From NCBI GenBank assembly GCA_039588275.1, contig JBDHAC010000012.1, positions 1-64,000 on the forward strand: 64,000 bases of DNA, in the 5' to 3' direction. Of the stretch, positions 9,596 to 19,165 are shown in pieces. Every line of letters begins with the position of its first letter. The first letter of the stretch is position 1. The notes under the pieces are model-generated. The model searched no databases, was not told the DNA's origin, and saw only the letters and a list, made by a program, of their open reading frames with translations. A program made the translations under genes and the position numbers. This DNA is from Gemmatimonadota bacterium (GTDB taxonomy: Bacteria > Gemmatimonadota > Gemmatimonadetes > Palauibacterales > Palauibacteraceae).

Positions 9596-11827
9596 TCATC
9601 GAGAGCGGAACCGAAGGTCCGTGAATCCGCGCGAGCGCGCAGGGCGCCGGCCGATCAGCACCAAGGGTGCCTCCGACTCACGGGCAATCGCGAGCGGCAG
9701 CGCTCCGAGTGCGTAGGGGCCCCGACCCCGCGGCTGCACCCCCATCACGACGAGGTCCGCATCGGCGGCGTGTCGAATGATTGCTTCGCGCGGGTGGTCG
9801 GTGTACTCGAATATGACCTCGTGCGGACCGGCTGCCTCGTCGCGTGCAAGTTGCCGCAAGGTGCGCTCGAAGCGTCGCCGCGTGTCCGTGGACATTGCGG
9901 GTGGAAGCGTGCGCAGGAAGGTGATGGACCGCTCGCCAGACCGTGAAACGCTCGCGAGAAGGCGAGCGCGTAACCGGCTGTGCTGGCGGCGGCCACCCAG
10001 TGGAACGAGTACATGTTTGGCCTCGGCGATTTGCCAGCGGTGCGGTACACAGACGATTACCACATCGGCCTCAAGGGTGCCGACCAGGCCCTCGAGTTTC
10101 ATCTCAACCCCCGGCGCCGTCAGGTTGGGCAGCCCCATGAGCACCGTCTCGCAGCGGTGGACGCGCGCCACCCGCGCGATCTCACGCCATACATCCGACG
10201 CGATCGTGAAGAGGGTCTCCGCAATCAACGAGCTCTTGAGGCTTTGGTGGAGCGACTCGCTGAGCACGCCCTGCGCATCGCGCAGCGCAGGGTCGTCCTC
10301 GTCCAACTCCCCATCCGGGGTCCGAACGACCGAGAGCAGCAGAATGCGGCCGACCCCCGGAGTGCGAACCGTGGCCGCAATGTCGACCAGACTGGCGGCA
10401 CTCACCGGGTTCGCGATGGGAACGAGCACCAGCGGACTTCGACCGCGTAGACGCGCGAGATCCGGATCGCGTGCCTCGGCCGCTACATCCGCGAGCCTCG
10501 CGCCGGGCGCGAACAGGGTGAGATAGAGGGCCACGCCGAGCGCGAGTAACACCGTGACGATGATCCCCGCATCCGGTACTGCGAAAGCCTGGAAGATCGC
10601 GAGGCTCAGACACAAGGTGGCTCCAAGGAGCGGCACGACTCCAGGGCGACGCAATCCCGAGCGACGATCCGCGAGATTCGCAGCCCAGTGCACCATGGCG
10701 AAGGAAATCAGGAAGATGAGGCTCGCGGCGGCACCGGCCGCAGCCACCTCGCCGACTGCCACTGCGATGACCGCGACCATCAGGCCCGTGACCACGATCG
10801 CAACCGCTGGAGTGCCACTCGCTCCTCGGATCTGCCCCAGCCGGTGCGGGAGCGTGCGGTCGCGCGCCATGGCGAACGCCACGCGCGAGGCACCCAGCAA
10901 GTTCGCGTTCAGGGCGGAGAGCATCGAGAGCACGCCGGCGCCGATCACCAACCAGTAGCCAGTCGTCCCCAGGAAACGCTCCGTCGCCTCCGCCACCAGC
11001 CCTTCCGGGTTCGCAGCGCCGACCGCCGCGATTCCGCCCTCTGCGGGAGCGCCGACCGTCGCGATCACGAAAAGCAGCGGCAGGTAGATGACGAGCGCGA
11101 TCCCGAGCGACAGGTACATGGCGCGCGGCAGGTTTCGTTCGGGGTCGCGGACCTCCCCGCCGACGGCTGCGATCAGGTCGAAGCCCTGGAGCGCGATGAA
11201 CGTGTAGCCCATGGCCTGTACGACGCCCAACGGGCCCGCCGACAGGAAGGGGTCGAGTCGGCCCAAAAGCTCGGGGGGCGAAGCTCCGACCCAAGCCCAG
11301 ATGCCACCGACGATCAGAATCGAGAAGACGATCACTTTGCCGATCGTGGCGCTCTTCCCTCCGCCCGCTGCGCGCCGTATCAGGCCGAGCGTATACAGGA
11401 GGATCGCGGCGAGCGCGATTCCTAATCGAAGGGCCGGCCCCTCGAGCCACGCCGGAGATCTCCCGAGGAGCGGTAGCAGTCGCCCCAGTCCCTCTGCCGC
11501 GAAGGCGGAGAAACCGAGCGCGTAAAGCACACCGGCCACGATCGACGCGAACCAGACCACCCATCCGACCACGAACGCCACCTCGATCGTGAGCACCTTT
11601 TTCGCATAGGCGTAGACGCCCCCAGATTCTGGGAACCTCCGCGCGAGCTGCGCGAAGCTGGCGACGGTCAGAAACGCGATCCCGCCGTTGAGTGCAAATG
11701 CGACGATGGCGCCCGGGCCAGCCGTCGCGAACGCGACGCCTGCCAGCGCCAGGATGCCGCCGCCGACGATGGCGCCCACGCCTACGGCGGTCGCGCCGAA
11801 CAGACCGAGGTGTCGTTCGTGTTGCAT
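9596..11827 (-). CDS. APC-family amino acid permease fused to USP-like domains (second copy, intact)
   Basis: GAIVGGGI TM1 motif, FIALQGFD, about 12 TMs, then VLVPIANP and HVLVPLGG USP-like domains. Confidence 0.9.
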   Translation of the reverse strand: MQHERHLGLFGATAVGVGAIVGGGILALAGVAFATAGPGAIVAFALNGGIAFLTVASFAQLARRFPESGGVYAYAKKVLTIEVAFVVGWVVWFASIVAGVLYALGFSAFAAEGLGRLLPLLGRSPAWLEGPALRLGIALAAILLYTLGLIRRAAGGGKSATIGKVIVFSILIVGGIWAWVGASPPELLGRLDPFLSAGPLGVVQAMGYTFIALQGFDLIAAVGGEVRDPERNLPRAMYLSLGIALVIYLPLLFVIATVGAPAEGGIAAVGAANPEGLVAEATERFLGTTGYWLVIGAGVLSMLSALNANLLGASRVAFAMARDRTLPHRLGQIRGASGTPAVAIVVTGLMVAVIAVAVGEVAAAGAAASLIFLISFAMVHWAANLADRRSGLRRPGVVPLLGATLCLSLAIFQAFAVPDAGIIVTVLLALGVALYLTLFAPGARLADVAAEARDPDLARLRGRSPLVLVPIANPVSAASLVDIAATVRTPGVGRILLLSVVRTPDGELDEDDPALRDAQGVLSESLHQSLKSSLIAETLFTIASDVWREIARVARVHRCETVLMGLPNLTAPGVEMKLEGLVGTLEADVVIVCVPHRWQIAEAKHVLVPLGGRRQHSRLRARLLASVSRSGERSITFLRTLPPAMSTDTRRRFERTLRQLARDEAAGPHEVIFEYTDHPREAIIRHAADADLVVMGVQPRGRGPYALGALPLAIARESEAPLVLIGRRPARSRGFTDLRFRSR

Positions 11828-11961
11828 GGTGGAGCAATCTGAGCAGCCCGCCCGAATGACGATACGGCTTTGGAAGCAGACGGCTCGCGAGCCGCGCAAA
11901 GAAACAGCGACGCCGTGGACCCCATATGGACCCCACGGCGCGTTAGAAGCTGCGAGAAGTC

Positions 11962-12005
11962 AATGCGCCCGGGAGAATTCGAATCCCCAACCTCCTGATC
12001 CGTAG
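11962..12005 (-). repeat. att-site copy: 3' half of tRNA-Arg(ACG) (44 bp)
   Basis: Identical to 32635..32678; ends in the anticodon loop. Confidence 0.95.
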
Positions 12006-12113
12006 GCGGATCGGAGGAAGGCTCAGATACGACGAAATGTAGTATTTACGCGGTGTTTCGGGCGTCCACATTGTATCTGACGTGGGGCAAAATCGCATCA
12101 AATAGCATGTTTT

Positions 12114-12135
12114 TACCCCACTTTTTACCCCACCC
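12114..12135 (+). repeat. 22-bp element with tandem TACCCCAC (integrase arm-type site candidate), copy 1
   Basis: TACCCCACTTTTTACCCCACCC; one mismatch to the copies at 28097 and 28765. Confidence 0.8.
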
Positions 12136-12519
12136 TTCGGCTGCTGCCGCCGACCACGAGCACGCCACGCCCAGGCTTCGTGCTAATTAGAATCTCCTGC
12201 TTTGCATGCGGCTCCGTAAGTCCACGACATCCGGTAACTTACCGTAATACCAACGATGGCTCGGGTGATCTGTCCGGGTTCCTTTTCACGTAAACGGCAG
12301 GTTGCAGGACGGAATCGCGAGTCGAATCGCGAATAGTTGCCAGCGAATTGGCACTTACGGGATCTCAAGCCTCGGTTGGGCGCCCCCTTTGACATGCGAG
12401 GACCGCAATCCCCCAGCCTACGTCACGTGTCTCACGCGTACGCGCGAGGTGGGGCACCAGCCGCCATTGACACCGAAGCAGTCGAGCGTCCGCCCGGCCA
12501 CCGGCGCCGGACGGTGTGT

Positions 12520-12960
12520 TCAGCCGGAGCTGTTGCGGGGACCCGAGATCCGTGTCTGGATCGAGAGGAGCCCCTCGGTCCAGCGAGCGGGCGTGCGTAT
12601 CGAGCGCGTCGAGCAGGGGCTCGCGAAGGCCGGCAGGCACCAGGGCCCGGCGCGTCCCGATGCACGACGTCCCGTTAGCGTACAGCGTGCTCCACAGGAT
12701 TCCGCGCGCCGCCGAGGCCAGGTCGACGGGCTCACGTACGATGGCGGCCCCTTCGCCTCCCAGCTCCAGCACGCACGGCTTGAAGTGACGACCGCAAAGC
12801 TCCGCGACGCGGGGCCGGGCCAGCTGGCCGCGTCGGCGAATACCGCCTTCGTCGGGTGCACTCCCTGGAGGGCGAGCGCCTCGTTTTCGTGGCAACGCGC
12901 CCTCTTCCCGAAAGGTTCCGGCGGAAATGACGACGGTCGCCTCAGCCTCGCCCAGCTCCA
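12520..12960 (-). pseudogene. Aldehyde dehydrogenase fragment (degenerate)
   Basis: RVAELCGRHFKPCVLELGG and ANGTSC (catalytic Glu and Cys regions), DPDTDLG; truncated at both ends and frame-disrupted. Confidence 0.75.
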
Positions 12961-13206
12961 GGCTCCGCAGGAGCCCCGACGGGCAGCTGAGCAACCCGAA
13001 AGGAGACGCGACCCCCGGGCGTCCAGCTACGGGTTCACCGCGCCAGCGAGGGTCGCTCGAACCCGAGCCTGGATAAACATGTAGTTACCGCCGGCAAACT
13101 TTGCCCGCTCCGGGATCTCTCGCGCAGAACCGTGCCGGGGGCTACGGGCACGGTTCGAAGCCGCCCGCCCACCGAGAACTCACCTGATAGTCGACGCAAG
13201 TGTCTG

Positions 13207-13224
13207 CCGGCGAACGGCTTGCAT
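13207..13224 (+). promoter_or_regulatory. Candidate sigma54 promoter (upstream site) for the EPS operon
   Basis: CCGGCGAACGGCTTGCAT: GG-N10-GC with TTGCA -12 box. Confidence 0.4.
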
Positions 13225-13291
13225 CCACACTCCCGTCCGCGTCTCCGGCCCCCTCACGTCTGGCGTCCAGATCTCCGCCCCGGACCTGCCG

Positions 13292-13308
13292 TTGGCACGG
13301 ACGTGGCG
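13292..13308 (+). promoter_or_regulatory. Candidate sigma54 promoter for the EPS operon
   Basis: TTGGCACGGACGTGGCG: TGGCACG-N4-TGGC, one mismatch to the TGGCACG-N4-TTGC consensus, about 80 bp before ATG 13390. Confidence 0.6.
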
Positions 13309-13389
13309 AGCCCGACGCGAGGCGCGCGAGGTCGAGCCTCCCGCGCCTCTGCAGAGCCAGCCTACACGAGACCGGACGAAGAGAGGTAC

Positions 13390-14229
13390 ATGCGAACAGC
13401 GAACGCGAAACATCCGTCCAAGCGAACGCTGCCCGTGGCGGCACCCGCCACCCCCGCGCTCGACGTCGGCGTCTCTGATTCCGAGAGGCCGAACAACGAT
13501 GGCGCCGGCCTGCCTCGCACGCATGAGAGATACGCGGCGATTGATCAAAGGTACCGGGCCATGAGGCTGCTGACGGCGGTCGAGCAGCTGACGGGCGCCG
13601 GGGTGCTCGCGCCCGCGAGGCAACGGTCCGTCGAGTGGGGTCTCAAGCGGGCCATCGACATCGTCATGGGTACCGGGCTGCTGGTGCTGAGCCTGCCCGT
13701 CATGGCGCTGGTCGCGCTCCTGATCAGATGCACGAGCCGCGGGAGCGTCATCTTCCGCCAGTCGCGAGTGGGGCGCGACGGCCGCGAGTTCGTGATGTAC
13801 AAGTTCCGCACGATGCGACCGGATGCCGAGTTCCACGAGGAACGACTGGCGAAGCTCAACGGGAATCGCGTCTTCCTGAAGATCGAAGGTGACAGTCGCG
13901 TGACTCCGCTGGGACGTCTTCTCAGGAAGTACAGCCTCGACGAGTTCCCCCAGCTCATCAACGTCCTGCGGGGTGACATGAGCCTCGTTGGACCGCGGCC
14001 GCTCCTGCCCAGTGACCTGCGAAAATTCCCGCGGGGTCGCTGGGCGAGACGATTCAATGTGCCGCCGGGGATCACGGGGCTCTGGCAGGTGAGCGGCCGC
14101 AGCGTTTGCAGCGACGAAGAGCGGATCCGATTCGACCTGGAATACGTGGAGCATTGGAGCATCTGGCTGGATCTACGGATACTGTTGCAGACGCCGGCCG
14201 TCGTGCTGCTGGCGAAGGGAGCACATTGA
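13390..14229 (+). CDS. Priming sugar transferase (polyprenyl-phosphate glycosylphosphotransferase, WcaJ/CpsE-like)
   Basis: KRAIDI, KFRTM, SLDEFPQLINVLRGDMSLVGPRP and PGITGLWQVSGR motifs; GAGAGG RBS. Confidence 0.93.
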   Translation: MRTANAKHPSKRTLPVAAPATPALDVGVSDSERPNNDGAGLPRTHERYAAIDQRYRAMRLLTAVEQLTGAGVLAPARQRSVEWGLKRAIDIVMGTGLLVLSLPVMALVALLIRCTSRGSVIFRQSRVGRDGREFVMYKFRTMRPDAEFHEERLAKLNGNRVFLKIEGDSRVTPLGRLLRKYSLDEFPQLINVLRGDMSLVGPRPLLPSDLRKFPRGRWARRFNVPPGITGLWQVSGRSVCSDEERIRFDLEYVEHWSIWLDLRILLQTPAVVLLAKGAH

Positions 14230-14266
14230 AGTCCGCCCTGCGTCACCCGGGTCCGGTGCTTCACCG

Positions 14267-16483
14267 ATGACCGCGACGCCGAACCTCAGACGTCCCGTGG
14301 CCGTGGTGCTCTCACGGTTCCCCTCCGTGACCGAGACCTTCATCCTCCGCGAGGTGATGGAGATGGAACGGCAGGGCCAGCCCGTGCGCCTCGTACCCCT
14401 GCTGCGGGAGGACCCCCCCGTGGTCCACGACGATGCCCGTCCCTGGGTCGGGCGGGCGTTGTATACGCCCTTCATCTCGCTTCCGGTCCTGCGCTCGAAC
14501 CTGGCCGCCGCCCTGCGTCACCCGGGCCGGTACTTCGGGCTGCTGCTGCGGTTGGCCGCCGCGTCGCTGACAAGCCCGCGCTTCCTTCTCGCCACGCTCG
14601 CCTACTTTCCGAAATCGGTCCACCTGGCCGGCCTTCTGGACAGGGAGGGCATCTGTCACGTACACGCGCAGTTTGGTAGCCACCCCGCCACCGCCGCCCT
14701 CGTCATCGCCTCCTTCTCCCGCGCCTCGTACAGCGTGACGCTGCATGCCCACGACCTCTTCGTGCGGAGTTACCGGCCCTTCCTCGAGACGAAGCTGCGG
14801 CGCGCGGCCTTCGTGCGCGTGATCTCGCACTTCAATAAGCGAAAGATCGCCTCACTCTTTCCGCGGATAGCGCCGGAGAAGGTCCACGTGGTCCATGTAG
14901 GCATCCCGACCGCCGAGTACGCGGCGCTCGACCACGAGCAGCCGGAGCCGCAACCTCCGGCCAAGTGGTTGCTCTCTGTCGCGGCCCTCAGGGACTACAA
15001 GGGCCTGCCGGTCCTGGTGGACGCGTGCGCCCGGCTGCGGGATGACGGTCTTTCGTTCCGCGCGGATGTAGTGGGAGACGGCCCGATGCGCACGGAGCTC
15101 GAGCGGCGGATCGCGCGCGCGGGTCTTCAGGGGCGGCTGCGTCTGCTCGGTCCGCTGCCGCAGGACAGGGTGCGCGCGCTCCTTCGACATCGGCCGATCT
15201 TCGTGCTGCCGAGCGTCATCGTGCGCGGCGGTTGGATGGAGGGGATTCCCGTGGCCCTCATGGAGGCCATGGCCGCCGGCGCGCCGGTCATCGCCTCGCG
15301 GCTCTCCGGGATTCCCGAACTCGTCGAGGACGGACGCACGGGACTCTTGGTGGAACCCGGAGACGCCGACGGATTGGCGGCCGCCATCTCCCGACTGGCC
15401 TCGGACCGGGGGCTCGCCAGTCGCATGGGCGCGCTCGGTCGCGAGAAGGTGCGTGTCGAGTTCGAACTGGAATCGTGCACCCGCCAGCTTCTGGAGCTGA
15501 TCGACCACCATAATCCTCCGTGCGCCGACCTCTTGCTTCTCTCGCGCATGGTCGAGCGCAGCGGCCCCATCTCGGGGGAGGTTGGCGTCGTCGGGGTGGC
15601 CGGCGTACACGTCGGCGCCGACGCTCGCGTCGTCCGGCTCCTGGTCCCCGACAAGGCCAAGCCCCGGCGTCTGGCCGTGAAGGAGCACCTGGAGCGGCGT
15701 GGGCAGCCCCGACCCCCAAGCGAGCGCGCACGACACGAGTTCCACGTTCTCGCGCGCTTCGCTCGTCCGAGTGGCAAAGGCCACACCATTCTCTTGGTAC
15801 CGCGGCCGGTCCGCCTCCAGGAGGACGATGCCACCCTGGTGATGGAGGCGTGCGGTGGCCGGCCGCTGAGCGAGTTGCTCCGCGAGGCCCGGGGGGGGAA
15901 GCGGGAGCACAGCCGCGCCCGCGTGGCCATGGAAGCCGCCGGCGCCTGGCTCGCGGCGATGCAGGGCTGTACGTCGGGTGAGACGGCACCGGAGGAAGCG
16001 CTGCGCCTGTGGCAGGTCCGCGTTGAGATGGACCTCGAGCGCTGCAGAACGATCCTTCCCCCGCAACTCCCTGCGCGCGTCGCGGCGCGGGTCGCGGAGG
16101 TGCTGTGTAGTACGAATGTGCCGGTCGTCGGACGCCACTGCGACTTCTGGCCCGGCAACGTGCTGGTGGACGAGGACCGGGTGACCGTTCTGGACTTCGC
16201 GGGGTTTGGTCCCGGTCTGCCCTGGGAGGATGCTGCGTACTTCCTGATCCAGTCGGAGCTCTTCTTCGACTATCCCCTGATCCGCCGGCGTTTTGCAACA
16301 CTCCGCCAAGCATTCCTGTCCGGCTACGGCCGCGCCGCACCCGAGCACCCCGATTGGGCGGCCTTCTGCGCAGGGGCAGCCCTCCAGATCCTGTCCAGGA
16401 CGGTTCTGAACCCTGCGCCAGGTCTCGCCGGGCGTCGCCGGGTGCGTCGGCTGCGGCGGGTGGTGCAGCAGGTACTCGCGTGA
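14267..16483 (+). CDS. GT4 glycosyltransferase (WcaL-like) fused to an APH/kinase-like phosphotransferase domain
   Basis: FPSVTETFILRE and EGIPVALMEAMA (GT4); C-terminal LAVKE, HCDFWPGNVLV and LDFAG (kinase-fold motifs). Confidence 0.88.
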   Translation: MTATPNLRRPVAVVLSRFPSVTETFILREVMEMERQGQPVRLVPLLREDPPVVHDDARPWVGRALYTPFISLPVLRSNLAAALRHPGRYFGLLLRLAAASLTSPRFLLATLAYFPKSVHLAGLLDREGICHVHAQFGSHPATAALVIASFSRASYSVTLHAHDLFVRSYRPFLETKLRRAAFVRVISHFNKRKIASLFPRIAPEKVHVVHVGIPTAEYAALDHEQPEPQPPAKWLLSVAALRDYKGLPVLVDACARLRDDGLSFRADVVGDGPMRTELERRIARAGLQGRLRLLGPLPQDRVRALLRHRPIFVLPSVIVRGGWMEGIPVALMEAMAAGAPVIASRLSGIPELVEDGRTGLLVEPGDADGLAAAISRLASDRGLASRMGALGREKVRVEFELESCTRQLLELIDHHNPPCADLLLLSRMVERSGPISGEVGVVGVAGVHVGADARVVRLLVPDKAKPRRLAVKEHLERRGQPRPPSERARHEFHVLARFARPSGKGHTILLVPRPVRLQEDDATLVMEACGGRPLSELLREARGGKREHSRARVAMEAAGAWLAAMQGCTSGETAPEEALRLWQVRVEMDLERCRTILPPQLPARVAARVAEVLCSTNVPVVGRHCDFWPGNVLVDEDRVTVLDFAGFGPGLPWEDAAYFLIQSELFFDYPLIRRRFATLRQAFLSGYGRAAPEHPDWAAFCAGAALQILSRTVLNPAPGLAGRRRVRRLRRVVQQVLA

Positions 16484-17991
16484 CGTCGACGCGGGACATC
16501 TCGGAGGCGACCGCCCGGGGGATGGCGTGGTCGATGGGGGCGACTGTCGGCGGCCGGCTCATCTCCCTTGCGTCGCTGACGGTTCTCGCGCGGCTCCTGG
16601 CGCCGCACGACTTCGGCTTGCTGGCGTTCGCGCTGGCGTTTCTCGCCTATTTGGAGACGGTGGGAGACCTGGGGACGGGCGCGGCCCTCATCTACTGGCC
16701 GAAGCGCTGGCGGGACGTGGCGCAGCTGACCTTTGTCGCCAATCTCGCCATGGGCTTCCTGTGGCTGGGCATCACGTGGTTCTCAGCCCCATTCATTGCC
16801 GATTTCTTCGGCAGTCCGGAGGGTGAGGGGATCCTCCGGGCGCTGGGGTGGGTGCTCCCGCTCAAAGCGCTCGGCGCCACGCACGATGCGCTCCTCCAGA
16901 GGGATCTCCGCTTCCGGGCCCGGGCGATTCCCGAGCTGACGCTCATGGGCGTGAAGGCGGCGGTGGCCGTGCCGCTGGCTTTCCTCGGGCTGGGCGCGTG
17001 GAGCCTGGTCTGGGGACAGATCGCCGGGCAGGCCGCGTACACGGTCCTGGCCTGGTCGCTGGTTTCGTGGCGGCCTCAGCGTCGGTTCCCCCGCGATCTG
17101 ATGCGGCCGGTGCTCGGGTACGGCGGCGGCATCATCAGCGTGAACGTCCTCGCCGCCATCCTCCATCACGCGGACATCGTGGTCGTGGGGCGGATGCTGG
17201 GAACCGTGGTGCTCGGCTTCTACCAGATGGCCTACCGCCTTCCCGACATGGCGATCACTCTCCTGGTGCGGGTGACCGGCAAGGTGTTGTTCCCCGCCAT
17301 GTCCCGGCTGCGAGGCACCGGAGCCGGCCCCCGCGACCTCTACCTGTCGGCGCTCCGCTACCTTTCGCTCCTCACCATCCCCGGATCGGTGGGGCTCATC
17401 CTGCTTGCCGAGCCGATCGTGGTCACCTTCTTCGGAGAAGCGTGGCGACCGTCTGTCCCTATCATGCAGGCGCTGGCGGCGTATGGCGGGCTCCGCGCGC
17501 TGGGGTCGTACACCGGAGACGTACTCAAGGCGAGCGGACGTCCCCACCTCCTCGCCCTTCTCGGGTCGTTGCGGGCCGTGGTGCTGGTGCCGGCGCTCAT
17601 CCTCGCCGGCACGCGGGGGCCGGCGACCGTCGCCCTCGCGCTGGTCGCGGAGGCGGCGCTCAGTACGGCCGTATTCTTCCTGGTGGTCGCGCGGGTTACC
17701 GGCGCTTCCGCGGCAGCCATGGCCGCCGCGCTGCGCCCCGGGTTTCTGGCGTCCATCCCGATGGCCCTGTTCCTGCAAATCTGGAGCTCGGTGGCTGAAG
17801 CGTTTCCAGCCCCCGCTGCACTGGGTGTGGGTGTGCTCGGCGGCATGGTGGTCTACGGCGCGGCACTGCGGCTGGCGGCGCCTTCGGTGCACCGCGACGC
17901 CGTGAGCTTGCTGCGCAGGAGCGGCCGCGCCGCCACGCACCCGACCCCGCGAGCAGAGCCGTTGCTGAGCGCGAAGGTGAGGTCCCGATGA
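16480..17991 (+). CDS. wzx: Polysaccharide flippase (Wzx/PST family)
   Basis: LARLLAPHDFGL, LGAWSLVWGQ, GFYQMAYRL, about 12 TMs; GTG overlaps the upstream stop. Confidence 0.88.
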   Translation: MTSTRDISEATARGMAWSMGATVGGRLISLASLTVLARLLAPHDFGLLAFALAFLAYLETVGDLGTGAALIYWPKRWRDVAQLTFVANLAMGFLWLGITWFSAPFIADFFGSPEGEGILRALGWVLPLKALGATHDALLQRDLRFRARAIPELTLMGVKAAVAVPLAFLGLGAWSLVWGQIAGQAAYTVLAWSLVSWRPQRRFPRDLMRPVLGYGGGIISVNVLAAILHHADIVVVGRMLGTVVLGFYQMAYRLPDMAITLLVRVTGKVLFPAMSRLRGTGAGPRDLYLSALRYLSLLTIPGSVGLILLAEPIVVTFFGEAWRPSVPIMQALAAYGGLRALGSYTGDVLKASGRPHLLALLGSLRAVVLVPALILAGTRGPATVALALVAEAALSTAVFFLVVARVTGASAAAMAAALRPGFLASIPMALFLQIWSSVAEAFPAPAALGVGVLGGMVVYGAALRLAAPSVHRDAVSLLRRSGRAATHPTPRAEPLLSAKVRSR

Positions 17992-18016
17992 CCGCAATCG
18001 CTGGAGGATTCAAGCC

Positions 18017-19165
18017 ATGAAGCCCCTGATCCTCATCAGCGGCCTGGCACCGGGCGGAGCGGAGCGCATCACGGTGTCCTTCCTGCGTCACCTTCGGGAG
18101 TACGGCGAACCGGCTCCGCTGTGCACCGTCACGCCTCGACACGACAGCCCTCTCGCGGAAGAGCTCGCGGCGGCCGGAATCGTCCGGTTCGATCTCGGCG
18201 CACGTCGCCTGGCGGACCCGCTCGCCCTGGTGCGCCTGCTGGCGCTTATCCGCCGACAGGGCTTCCACCTGGTGCACGCCCACGGACAGGACGCGGCTGT
18301 GCTGGCCCACTGGGCGCGCAGGCTGACTCCCTTCCGCCTGGTCATCACGCGCCACGTGATGGAGGAGCCCATGGCAGGCTGGCGTCGGCGCCTCCGGGCT
18401 CGCGCGGCCTGCGCGGCGATCCGCCGCGCGGACGCCGTCGTTACGGTTTCCGGCGCGATTGCGCAGCGACTGGTCGAGCTGAGCGGGCGTCCTCGCGAAG
18501 CGATTCAAGTCATTCCGAACGGCATCGAGCTGGAGCGTTTCGGCGGCGACCCGCCGGCGGCCCGGCAGAAGGTGCGAGAATCGCTGGGCGCATGCCCTTC
18601 CGAACCGCTCGTACTGGTCCCGGCGGCGCTGCGGGACGGGAAGGGGCACGAGGTGCTGCTGCGTGCAATTCCAGCCCTCCGCAGACATGTGCCCACGGCC
18701 CGGGTTCTGTTTGCCGGCGCGGGGGAACTAGAGGGCGCGCTCCGGAAGGCGGCTCGCACCGTAGGCGACACCGTGCAGTTCCTCGGCTTGCGCACCGACA
18801 TCCCGGCGCTGATGCACGCCTGCGATCTGGTCGTGCTGCCGTCGGCGACGCGGTCCGACGGTACCGTCGAGGAGGCGCTGCCCACCGTGCTGATCGAGGC
18901 GGCCGCCGCTGGCCGCGCTGTCGTGGCCACCCGCCTCAGCGGCACTCCGGAGATCGTCGTCGATGGCCGCACCGGCCTTCTCGTGCCCCCCGGTGACCCG
19001 GCGGCGCTGGCGGACGCGATCGCGACCCTGCTGCTCGACGACGCCCGCGCCCGCGCCTACGGCGCCGCGGCCCGCCAGGTCGCGCGCCAGCGCTTCGCCA
19101 TCGAGACCCAGATCGACCACACCGTCGAGCTCTGGCTTCGCGTGCTCGAGGAGAACGGCTCGTGA
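18017..19165 (+). CDS. GT4 glycosyltransferase
   Basis: GGAER, VIPNGIE, KGHEVLL, EALPTVLIEAAAAG. Confidence 0.92.
   Translation: MKPLILISGLAPGGAERITVSFLRHLREYGEPAPLCTVTPRHDSPLAEELAAAGIVRFDLGARRLADPLALVRLLALIRRQGFHLVHAHGQDAAVLAHWARRLTPFRLVITRHVMEEPMAGWRRRLRARAACAAIRRADAVVTVSGAIAQRLVELSGRPREAIQVIPNGIELERFGGDPPAARQKVRESLGACPSEPLVLVPAALRDGKGHEVLLRAIPALRRHVPTARVLFAGAGELEGALRKAARTVGDTVQFLGLRTDIPALMHACDLVVLPSATRSDGTVEEALPTVLIEAAAAGRAVVATRLSGTPEIVVDGRTGLLVPPGDPAALADAIATLLLDDARARAYGAAARQVARQRFAIETQIDHTVELWLRVLEENGS

Noticed and set aside
12975..13040. c-di-GMP-I riboswitch upstream of the EPS operon (GAAA-containing hairpin)
   Set aside because: Lacks the GGCAAAC and GCAAAGC core elements; lies in or next to a decayed ALDH gene; an Rfam scan would be needed
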